Shown: positions 34,601 to 45,473 of the stretch, piece by piece
Layout of the letters: the number at the start of each line of letters is the position of its first letter
Position numbering within the stretch: the first letter of the stretch is position 1
Assembly: GCF_902652985.1 (NCBI RefSeq)
Contig: NC_047020.1
Location: forward strand, 19,592,001 to 19,656,000
DNA from: Pecten maximus
Taxonomy: Eukaryota
Length of the DNA stretch: 64,000 nt
Direction of reading: 5' to 3'
The notes under the pieces: generated by a model
What the model was told of the DNA's origin: nothing
What the model saw: the letters and a program-made list of their open reading frames with translations, nothing else
Database searches by the model: none
Position numbers and translations under genes: made by a program

Positions 34601-36428
34601 GATTGAAGGAACGTTTTTTGAGGATATGTATTTGGTTTTATGGTTTTAAAACCGAATACAATTAGTCTGATACATTTTGATTCTTTACTATCTATAAACG
34701 TCTTCTCACTACAAACTGGATCATTCCCTTTCATCCTTATCATTTTGATGTCTTCTTTTGTGTTCCTACACACCCATCTTCACATGAACCTTACTGCCGA
34801 TAAGACATCCCTACATGCATTCACATTTGATGTGTGTGGGTTTTTGGGATTTTTTTGAAACATATTGTTGATTTGAAAACATTTTATAAGCTAATTAAGA
34901 TAATATGGCAATTCTACAATGCTGTAATGCATGTTGGTAGTTATTTAAACTAATACGACGTCGTGTGTAATTATGTAGTGCATATATTCATGGAAACACG
35001 TGTACCTATATAATATATTATTTTTATAATTGATATTTATAAATTTTAAATCTCCGTCATCAACGCCCAATTTCTATATGAACCGTCTAACACTTTTATT
35101 ATCAGAATTGATTTATATTTGTATATTCCAGTTTTACCATTTGTATATTTTCCAGTAATATTTACAGAAAATAAAGTACTCAATGAATATGATAATGTAT
35201 CCGATAAACACCATTCAACGTTGATATGTCTATATGAATTTGTGTTCACAGGGTGTCCCAGGAGGAGGGAGTATAACCAACTCGTCTGATCTTGTGTGTA
35301 TATTGAATTTCATCATCTTTACGGGCAGTGTTACACATGCAGCTGCTAACTTTGCCCAATATGATGAGTACGGCTTCCCCCCAAACTACCCCGTAGTTAT
35401 AAAGGGGACACCGCCCACAAACAAGGTATACCATAAAAACACACTTTACATATGAATTAGTAAGACATGTTATGTATTCTTGAAATGTTTAAACTGTCCT
35501 ATTTCATTCAATGCTTATCAGTATTATACACAGTTTGTGGATAGAAATCATTCTTGATGCAACATGACATGAAATGAATTCATACATTGTAGTAGCTTAC
35601 TGAGTAACATGTTACTCGATTGTACAGTACCTTGTGTATGAACATTTCAGGCAGTATTGACGGAATCCTGTATCTTGGAAGCTCTTCCCGACAAGGCTTT
35701 GACCTTCGAAATCATAATCATCACTAAACTTCTCAGCGCTTTTGGTACCAACAAGTTAGGAGATTTCGAAATGAAATACATCTATGATCCAAAAGCTGAA
35801 AATGTATTGAAACGGTACGTTCATTCCGTTAAGAAATATTGTGTGTTCGATATCGTATTGATTTGTACCTGGTACATCCATGTATGTGTTACTGTGCAGT
35901 GAAACGACAACTCATCTTCGTGGGTTCTGCACTGTCTTTGTGTTTGAACGCATTTTGTTTTTAACTTTGTAGATACTGTAAATATAGAACCGCGTAACAA
36001 GATTTCTAACAATGACTGATGGATTAAGATCAATTTATATGTACACATGCAGATTTTTTACGAATATCAATAGATCAAAGTATATTTTAAAAGTCTTTTT
36101 TAAGAATGATGATGTCGTAGGAACCATTATTAACATGGCTGCCCGGACTTTTAGATCTGGGTTACTTTATCGGTTTCAGTGTAAAGTGCGTAAGATTACA
36201 TGCATTGTACATGGACTATAAATAATATAGCAACATATGAACTGACAGAGATAAAACAGAGATTAAAGCACGAAATCATGAAGACAAATGTCTAATGCCT
36301 TTTTACTTTATAGATTTCAGAAAGAGCTCGCCGAACAGAGTAGAAGAGTGAAAACGTTGGAGAAAACACGTGAATTTTCCTACAAATGGCTAGATCCAGA
36401 GATTGTCCCAAACGCTATCAGCATATAA
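22607..36428 (+). CDS. Polyunsaturated fatty acid lipoxygenase (PLAT + LOX catalytic domain, ~675 aa); exon 5 carries a 1-nt frame disruption/TAA as assembled
   Basis: Exons: 22607-22612, 22870-22908, 25037-25492, 29461-29505, 30358-30487, 30696-30799, 31037-31169, 31397-31492, 32041-32137, 32670-32787, 33161-33253, 33509-33569, 33894-33999, 34166-34257, 35252-35425, 35651-35814, 36314-36428. Motifs: [73 protein letters not shown]-terminal VPNAISI*. The two 5' micro-exons are less certain than the rest. Confidence 0.93.
23040..23930 (+). repeat. Old HINE-like element with degenerate ~150/300-bp internal repeats in LOX intron 2
   Basis: Recurring GGCAGCTACGGCGGCCATTT, CAAGATGGCCGCC, CAACAAAGTG, CAGCTCAA(A)CTT. 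Confidence 0.55.
24052..24270 (+). mobile_element. Full-length tRNA-derived V-domain-like SINE with TSD, in LOX intron 2
   Basis: A/B boxes, core CTCCGGGTACTCCGGCTTTCCTCC, tail GGACGTTAAACAAAAACAAACCAAC, 13-bp TSD ATCGCCTTCTCTC (24039-24051 / 24271-24283). Confidence 0.93.
27740..29397 (+). repeat. 46/51-bp minisatellite with higher-order structure in LOX intron 3
   Basis: Unit GAGATATATCATCATGTTCAGTGAGAACTGAG(TTAG)TATGTTGTGTTGTGT; variant blocks recur at ~388 and ~337 bp spacing. Confidence 0.95.
31786..31867. mobile_element. Short palindromic MITE, copy 2 (LOX intron 8)
   Basis: TAGCCCGAGTTTCCTCTGGCCCTGACACC...GGTGTCGGGGCCAGAGGAAACTCGGGTTA; flanks GATAGTTAG / GATAGCGAG. Confidence 0.8.
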
Positions 36429-37434
36429 ATAAACTTCAACGTAACACAACATTGTCATATGTACAATGATTAGATATGCTAGAGACATTATATACAGTAT
36501 ACAAGAATGTTGTGATACATTACGATTTATAGCTGAACAAGTCCTCTCCCTCTTGAATAAACTTAAACTCAAACTGTCATTCAGTTGACATACCAGTATA
36601 AACAGTATATATTTAGTTGCGCTTTATTTTACGTACCAGAATACACTTGGAAACATTTAGACACGACAAAAATTGAAATGTTATTTTCTTGGGTTGGAAC
36701 GTCCTCTTCTCAGCCAGTATTGCATGAGATCCGGTGTCAGGAGAGACGCCAATAGAAAAAAAAGAGACTTTACAAAAATATAGAAAGGAAGAGAAGACCA
36801 GAAAAGTGGAGGGGACATTCAGTGGTAGTTTTCATTAGTAATATTGTATTTGTTGTTTTGATAAATATCGACGTGGCTATATGTATAAAGTCACATTATC
36901 TTTATTTGTATTCTAATTGACCTTTCATTCTAGTGTATGCCTGTGTTATCTGATCGTGTGTGGTATATTTAGTACGTTAAGCAATTGATATACTTCAGAA
37001 TGCAAATAGGAAATACGGGACTATCGTTAAATGGATGCTTTAGTTAGTACAGTTTATTTTCCACCTCCCTTATATACAATGTAATGGTATAACAGTAAAC
37101 TGATAATTTTGCATATAATGACTGATGATATTACGCGGTGGCGATTAAGATGTTACAATGTTCATATTGTGATTCTTTATTGTAACCAATCACGGTGACT
37201 ACCTTAGAAATACATACATGTATTTATAAATGTATCATTAAGAAAGAAATGAATAGTTAATGAAATCATTTTACTAACAGATATATACATGGACAAGCAT
37301 TAAAACTGATTCCACATGAATGTTTACGTTTGTAAGGTTATTTGATATGCAAAAAGCATTCCATTAACCCGACAGTCCATGACGTCTTTCCTTTTAATGG
37401 TGTCACTCAACCCGGTTTAAAAGCTCCAGATATG

Positions 37435-38312
37435 AATCTCCTCGATCCTTCCTCTTCTCGTGTGGACGCTAAGCTTTAAAGCCACCTCGATCTGTCATCT
37501 TTTCATGTCAATGCTTAGCTTTAAAACCACCTCTATCCGTCCTCTTCTCGTGTAGGCGCTAAGCTTCAAAACCAACTCGAACCATCCTCCTATTTCGAAG
37601 CTAAGCTTCAAAACCATTTCGATCCGTCCTCTTCTCGTGTCGACGCTAGGCGTAAAAACGATCTCGACCTGTTCTCTTCTCGTGTCGACGCTAAGCTTCA
37701 AAATCACCTCGACCTCTTTTCTTTTCATGTCAACGTTAAGCTTCACAACCACGTCAATCCGTCCTCTTCCATGTAGAGGCTAAGCTTCAAAACCAACTCG
37801 ATCCGTCCTCTACTCGTGTCGAAGCTAAGCTTCAAAACCACCTCGATCCATCATCTTCTCGTGCCGAAGCTAAACATCAAAACCACCTCGATCCATCCTG
37901 TTCTCGTGTCGACGCTAGGTTTCAAAACCACCTTATCCATCCTCTTATGTCGACGCTAAGCTTAAAAAAAACACCTCGATCATTCCTCTTCCCGTGTCGA
38001 CGCTAAGCCTCAAAACCACCTCGATCCATCCTCATCTCGTGTCGACGCTAAGCTTCAAAACCACATCGATCCTTCCTATTCTCGTGTCGACGCTAAGCTT
38101 CAAAACCACCTCGATTCGTCCTCCTCGTGTCGACGCTAGGACTTTTCATGTCAACGCTAAGCTTCAAAACCACCTCGATCCGTCCTTTTATCATGTCGAC
38201 GTTAAGCTTCAAAACCACCTCGATCCCTCCTATTTTCGTGTCGAAGCTAAGCTTCAAAACCACCTCGATCCGTCCTTTTATCATGTCGACGCTAGGCTTC
38301 AAAACCACCTCA
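37435..38312 (+). repeat. CpG-rich 45-bp minisatellite (~19 units)
   Basis: Unit GTCGACGCTAAGCTTCAAAACCACCTCGATCCGTCCTCTTCTCGT. Confidence 0.93.
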
Positions 38313-40059
38313 AAATCTCACAGGGTACGATAACAAATGGACTGGAACTTAGGTGATCCAACTATCACTTTTATAGCAAATCGCAACATTTATAAGTATG
38401 TATAGTGTTTACTGACACATACTTTATCTGTGATAATTTTGTGTATCTATACAGTTGTATGTCATATCCCTGAGCTGGATTGATAAACAGATATATGTGT
38501 GTATCTCGTACTGTTGTGGACATTTGTAAGGTCACAGCGATATTTTAATTTCATATTGAATCTTAATGTAATTTCATGTTTTATCATGATAGTCATCCAA
38601 TCCTTTTCTATTGTTTTTATTCATATTCTTATATTGTGTTCCTTTGTAACTAACGAAAATATATTTACACCATTTTCTTGCCTATATAATTACAGGGAAA
38701 CGTGTTTATTTAGAAAATCACCATTATCAGCGCAAGTATGCTATGTACAAGCAAAGTGTTGTCATAATTATGTTGTTTAATTGTTTAACAAACACTTGGT
38801 TTGTCCGCACAAGATAAACAAGGTGTGTTCTTGGAAAGGGCCATATTATAGGCTTAGCCTGTCGTCTAATCCATTTATTTATATTTGTAATTGTGCATAC
38901 AGATTGTACATGTATTACTTGAAAATGAAATATTTTGAAATGAAACAAGGTATTAGTAGCTTCCAAAACAACTCGGAAGTTAGATACAATATCTATCACA
39001 TACGAAATGTCAGTGAACCTAAAGGTTCAATATGTTGGTCATAGAGGGCAACCAAATTAAACTCGGAACAGGTCGAAAATAATGTTAAAATCTGGATGGG
39101 TGCAAATGACTCATACTTCCTTATTTTTCAAGCAATATATGGTACACATCCTTACTTGCATCAGATGAAATGTTTGACGCTAGTACATGTATTGGCACAC
39201 ATACATTGTACGTGTTTTATGTGTACAATAGTTTCAGTATTGATTCCTAATGGGTGTTCTTTTTAGTAAGTATGGATTATCTAGACAAGTCATCTTAAAT
39301 TGGGTAAAAACTGTTTGACTTATATACGTTTAAGAGCAACGTATACACCCAGAGACAGATATTCCATACGCCTACAAGCCAGTCATACTTGTACTATGGC
39401 TGGCTGGTGTTTCCTTCTTGTTATCACGTAACTTCCATTAAAAGACAATAACATTGCTATTTAAGATAAAGTTGATTTTGAGAATAACTACTAATCAACA
39501 ACATTGAACGCCCCGGAAAAGCATGATATATCTTGGTATCATTTTGGATAACTGCTGTGAAACAGCTAATTTGATAGAGATACTATGTTAGTAGAATATT
39601 TTCATTGTCATATTTTCCTCTCACCAAACTTGCAGGTTAAATAAATCATTGTTTACATTGGAATTACGTGAATTTTCAGGCTGTAAACTAATGTGATAGT
39701 GCTCATGATAAACCCTATCGATTTATTTAAAGGTATAGGGTTGAAGCGCTCAATTTGTATTTTAAAGTTATTTTCGTCATTGATACAAAACAAATCGTTA
39801 TTTTCTTAACAACTATACATATACTGTTTACACATATATATTATATTTATGCTAATAAACGATTGGAATAATGTCATAGTTGATGTTTTCATTGTATTGA
39901 ATTCAGTTATGATCTGTACTAATTAATAACAGTGTAAAACTAATACTGTTACTTCTAATATAGCCGTACTAATTCCGTGCATTATATGTATAATGTTTCT
40001 TCTTTCTTTTCATGTATTTTATAACATGTCATTTGTCATGCTGTAAGACTCCATTCAAT

Positions 40060-40359
40060 GACTGCTGAAAATCACTTAGATTTCACGAATTCTTTATTTC
40101 GCAAAGATGTTTTTTCAGAGATATTCTCGAATAAGTCATGATTTCGTGAACGAACGTTAATCTAGAAATTACTTTATATTCGTGAACAATCATCTGCAAT
40201 GTACATGTATTAGAGTCGTGGGCTCTGTAATACACCATATATCGGTAACCGGTAGCTTGCAGTAATCGCGAATGACTTGAATTTGCGACAAACTTTCCTA
40301 ACATATTTCTGCGAAAATAAATCCCTTGCGATATACATAACGTATAAGTGATTTACAAT
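40060..40359. mobile_element. Degenerate Tc1/pogo-like MITE
   Basis: Ends AAATCACTT ... AAGTGATTTACAATA; internal TTTATTTCGC / GCGAAAATAAA inverted motifs; related sequence at 56547-56745. Confidence 0.5.
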
Positions 40360-40908
40360 ATCCACTCACATATTCATTTGTAAGCTTAAAGAGTTAAATT
40401 GATATACGCGCAGGAAGTAAATGTATAAATGCTTTGAACTCCTCTCGCCTCTTTAACACTTCGGTATGGAAGTTGTCACGGAATTATGGCTTTGATGTGT
40501 AAGCCATAGAACATGTTTTTGCTTCAGCAGGCTCTGTATACAAAACTTCGGTGGGATAATACTCGGATTCGAACTATTTCTCTCGATTTTAACTGATGAT
40601 ATAATACTTTTATCTTTGTATTCTCCTACATCCCAGTTCTACAGGAGCACTAAAACAAGACATACATTAATTACATATAATGAGTGTATCTAGTAAAAAG
40701 AATTCCTATTAGGTTTCGTGAAAATGTGCTCAACAGGCCTAGGCTTCCTAGTACATTTATTTTTACAGAAGACATGCATGTCACACCAAGGTAGCAGAAA
40801 TCATACAAGTATATAACTATTGAAAAAGACAATTTAAGACAAATTTATCCGTTTAGAACAAAAAGTTACCGAGATAAAACAAGTTGTAAAATGAGATGAA
40901 AATTCGTG

Positions 40909-41048
40909 TCCTACATACCTACCTACCACTACCTTCCTACCACTAACTTACACCTACGTACCTACGTACCTACCTACCTACCTACCTACCTACCCACCTT
41001 CCTTCCTTCCTTCCTTCCATACCTACCTACTTTTATTTACCTACCTAC
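40909..41048 (+). repeat. (CCTA)n/(CCTT)n microsatellite
   Basis: Directly visible. Confidence 0.9.
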
Positions 41049-41061
41049 ATGTACAAATGTA

Positions 41062-41164
41062 CCTCTGGCCCTGACATCATGTCTAGTGAAGTGTAGGGGC
41101 CCTACACCAGACATGGTGTCAGGAACACCAGACATGGTGTCAGGACCAGAGGAAACTCTGGCTA
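41062..41164. mobile_element. Short palindromic MITE, copy 3 (5'-truncated, internal duplication)
   Basis: CCTCTGGCCCTGACATCATGTCT...ACACCAGACATGGTGTCAGG x2...CCAGAGGAAACTCTGGCTA. Confidence 0.75.
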
Positions 41165-42045
41165 TACAGGCCCCTATCATAAATTGGCAGTAACAATCCT
41201 GTAACAACTATCTCTGTGCCTTAGTAAAATTCCTTCAAACACCAAATCAGTCATGACAGTTATGCAATATTTTGAGGGAAAAGATCAACTAGGAACAATA
41301 TAGTAAAGTCCAAAACGCAGGATAAACCACCCAGATATTCACGTATTCTTAGGATCATACAATTTAATCTACAAAATGAGGTCAGAAATACCAACTGGTA
41401 ATTTATAGAAAATATCATCCCATAACATCCCAGAAAATGACCAACGGAGAGCCAAAGGAACCTACCCTTTTCCTTTTATTATCTTTATACGTGTATAAAT
41501 ATTTCCGAATATATGAAAATTTAGTACTCATTGTCGATGTAGCATTGTTTAAAAAAAACAATCAGATGACAGGAAGATGTTAACAAACTACAATGTGGTC
41601 TTACCATTGCAGGTAAATGGAGATTGGCTGATGAGTTTCTACTTAGACAAAATGTATTGTTCTAGTTTTAGAACGTTGTCAAAGCAATTTTTATCCAATA
41701 TATCAGTTTCATGTCCATACCATAGAAATCACAGATTCGGATAAACATGGTCATGTGGAGGTCAATATTTAATTATATTAATATGATGTTTCTAATTTAA
41801 GAAACACCGATATTATATTGCCATAATTGTATATGACGTCGAAATCATTGTGATGTCACAATACCCCAAAATAAATTCATTGTTATCGAGATAACTACTG
41901 CAGTTTATAATGCAATTCTATCCTTTTGCAAACAAGATTGACATCTAATATAAACAAGAGGCCCACGGGCCTTAACGGTCACCTGAGTTTTGAAATATTT
42001 CAGTTAATTTAAATGGCCATATTTGGCCCCGCCAATCAGCCCCTA

Positions 42046-43985
42046 CCCAGATAGCATGACTACGTTGGGCCAACGTTGGCATATGGTTGTACGGTTGGCC
42101 AATGGTTGGCGTTGGTCATACAACGTTGGCCCGACATTGGCCCAACAACAACTTGTTTTACTCGATAGCAAGTGAAGATAAGTTGGGAACACTACGTTGG
42201 CCCAACATTGGCCCCCTGTTAGTACATTTCAGTGCTGAATTACCTAGGTTGGTCCAACGTTGGTCCTACGTTGACCCGATGTTGTAAGCCCAAGCAGGTT
42301 TACAACAAATTCAAACAAAAGTGATTATCTGTAATCAAAGTTGATATATATATTATCAGTCATTTGTAAAAATACACTTCATAAGATTTTTTAATAGTGA
42401 TTTTTTTTTCAAAATCACTATATAATAAAATGTATTGTTTGCGTGAGAATAACTAATGATAAATTAAAGTCTTTTATACTGTAGTAAAACAGGAACAAGG
42501 ACATAAATGTTTTGGTAAATATTTTAGTGGCCGGTTTAAGGATGCCATTTTCTATGCATGTTTACTGCCCACAACTGGGTCAGTGCTTCTCACAGCAAGG
42601 GTCGGACCAGTTCCCTTGGTAACCGTGACATCTGATACTAGGGATGGTCAAGCTGCCTGCAGATGTTACATTCTTATCAGGGACCTTGTCCGAGCTGTTT
42701 AACTGGTTGTATACAGTACACGTGCTATTTCGACTTACACAGAAGATATTTGGATTAATCACGAAGAAGAAAGAGAGCATTTCTTTGATCAAAAGACAAT
42801 GTAAGTAGGCTATATGATTTGCTTAATTATATGTTTCAATTCCTGAAGTAATTTTAGTATATTAATTAATTCCACAAGACCACCTGCCGTACGTACACTA
42901 CCGTACGTACACTTTTGCTTGCTAGATATCGGGGTCATAAAGTTTTCAGAATTTATTTTTCATTTCTTACACACACACACATATATACTAAGTATATTTA
43001 TCTACAAAATTTGTGTAGCTGTTCCATGTTCAATGTCAGATCGTTTGTAATTCCCTTGTTTCTTGATAAAGGGGCAGATTGCCTCGAAAATACTTGTCTG
43101 TACTGTCGTTATTACTACTTGACAAATTTCATATATATATATAATCTATATATAATAATGTAAATTACTTTAATGCCATAATGCCATAACTGCAGAAATG
43201 TCCAGGTTAGCGATTCAGGCCATCTGTGCCGCCTGATTTTTACATTCTGTGTAGATTTGATATATTGTTTTTTTTATTCAAAACAGCTACAGTAAGGAAG
43301 AACCGCCTGTGTGCGACAGCAACAGATTCGGAAATTGCAGCAATTGCAAAAGATTGGTTCAGATTTGCTTGTGATCGCGATGGTGGCAGGAAAAGGAGAG
43401 AGGAACAAAAAAGGGCACAACAGGCAGCTACTGCAACTATCAATGCTGTGCTTAGTGACAATTCCGAACAGGACTGATCTGGGACAGATAACTAAAATTA
43501 ACATCTGATAATCATTTATCAGTTTTGACTCTTTATAATGATATATAACGTACTGTAATCAAAACTGTTGATTGTATAAGAGAATAATGTACATTTACTC
43601 ACTGTATTGTCATCATATACAAATAAATTGTAAAGCACTTGCCAATATGACAACTGATTAATTTTTATGTTGCCAGCATTACACATAAGCATCACTTTAT
43701 CTACTATTTGTTACGTTGGGCCAATGTTGGGCCTATGAAGGTGAAACCAATAGTTGGAAATACACACTTGAAACCAACGATGGGCCAACGTTGGCTATCT
43801 GACATACAATGTTGGTCCAACGATGGGCCAACATTGGCTATCTGACATACAATGTTGGTCCAACGATGGGCCAACGATGGGCCGATGAGCAAAATTACAT
43901 TGGGCCAACGTAGTTTGCCAACATTGGCCCTACGTAGTCAACATCTGTGGGCCAACGTTGGCCCAACGTAGTCATGCTATCTGGG
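42046..43985 (+). mobile_element. 1.94-kb non-autonomous CACTA/EnSpm(CMC)-like DNA transposon
   Basis: Perfect 35-bp TIRs CCCAGATAGCATGACTACGTTGGGCCAACGTTGGC, TA on both flanks, and many subterminal CCAACGTTGG/CCAACGATGG repeats at both ends. The superfamily assignment is inferred. Confidence 0.85.
42644..43477 (+). CDS. Putative spliced DUF4806/BEN-like accessory protein (115 aa) inside a DNA transposon
   Basis: Exon 42644-42800 (phase 1, GTAAGT donor) joins in frame to 43287-43477 (poly-T...ACAG acceptor): MVKLPADVTFLSGTLSELFNW...RQSTVRKNRLCATATDSEIAAIAKDWFRFACDRDGGRKRREEQ. The C-terminal motif resembles DUF4806-type proteins (from recall, not searched). Confidence 0.5.
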
Positions 43986-45473
43986 TAGGGGTCAGTCAGG
44001 ACAAACATGTGCATACTATTAATCTGTCAAACCATGCCGATAATGTTAACCAAATTAGATTGATTTCCCTATCTAAACTATAGTAAAGTTTACCCCCTCC
44101 CCAGGGGTAAACTTGAGATCCCTGGGTCATGAAATTCACATTTTTGGTAAAGCACCTTAAGACCCTTCCATCTATGAAGAGTGTTTGATTCCATATCATA
44201 TCTGAGAGTAGAGAAGAAGATTTTTTTTTTTTGAAATTTCAGTCAAATTGACCCTTTTAGCCCCGCCCCTCAGGCCCCTGGGGGAGGGGGGGGGCATATA
44301 ATTCACAACTTTGGTTGACCTCTATAGCCATAGAAGCTTCCTGCCAAATTTCCTTGAATTTGGTTTAGGGGTTTTGGAGAAGAAGTTGAAAATGTAAATT
44401 GTTTACGGACGGACGACGCACCACGGACGACGCACGACGACGGACAAAAGGCGTTTAGAATAGGTCACTTAGGTGACCTAAAAAATCAAGACCTTCGATC
44501 CCCCACTATGCACCACCAACAACAACAACAGCACCTCCCGCCATAATATAAACCCCACAGCTTGTTTTGCGTTATCGTTTATCCGGATATATTTGATCTG
44601 ATTTGGCTTTAATATTATCTGTCGGTTGGAATCTCTCAAACGCTTAATTTGAAGGCAATTTGTCCAAAGCATGTGTATGACACAGAGAAAATAACGACGT
44701 AAAAGCTGGCACGGTCCGCGGTCTGCAGGGTAGCTGTAGATTATGAAACCTTGCAACAGTGTATGAAATCACATGCACATTCTCGTGTGTCTCATTTACA
44801 GAACAGGTAACATCGAATTTCCATACGAACAGACAGTTTTTAGTTCGATTGTACCGTCTCTTGCTAGCCTTTTTGAATGGGTTCGTCATCAACTCTGAAC
44901 TCGTTACCAGACAGTCGTTCCCACGATAGCATGATGATACGGGTGTATTCACTGTATTGGTGTTTGTACAGATTCTAGTTATAAACTGGCATATATCTCG
45001 CTGTAGCTCAGCTAGGAAAATATTTTCGGATGTCAACTATTGGTACTCGCTTCTGAAGAACAAATGTAAACAAATCATATCCGAGCGCACATAAAAAACA
45101 TAGCCTTTCCTGTTCAGTATATCGATAAAACGAAATGATTTTCTCAATAATCAATCAAACGCGGCGCAACAGAGAATAGAGAAGCCAGGGATAATGAGCA
45201 TAACTGCATAAAGTGTGACAACTGTTCATAAACAAAATGCAAAATTTGTAACGTACCATTCATTGATACTGTTATCAATATACTATAAAACTTATCAGCT
45301 TCAAGAATTGATATATTAACAAAATCCTGTGGCATGTTCATTCTTTAATGTCAAATTAATTGAAGCATTTGATCCTATTATAATACTCTTATTGAATGAC
45401 TACATGTTAACTTTTTTTTATTTTTCTCTTGAAGAAGAAAATAGCACCTTGCTATGGTTGACTAAAGGCGGAG

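Larger units (their letters stand above)
41952..44484 (-). mobile_element. Helentron-associated element in reverse orientation, interrupted by a nested DNA transposon
   Basis: Left end AACAAGAGGCCCACGGGCCT..GGTCACCTGAG (reverse complement of the 3' stem-loop); right end (GACG/GGAC)n microsatellite and TAGGTCACTTAGGTGACCTAAAAA hairpin. Confidence 0.85.

Noticed and set aside
41628-41660. Hammerhead-like CTGATGAG...GACAAAA
   Set aside because: The GAAA core is mutated and stems I/III cannot be formed.
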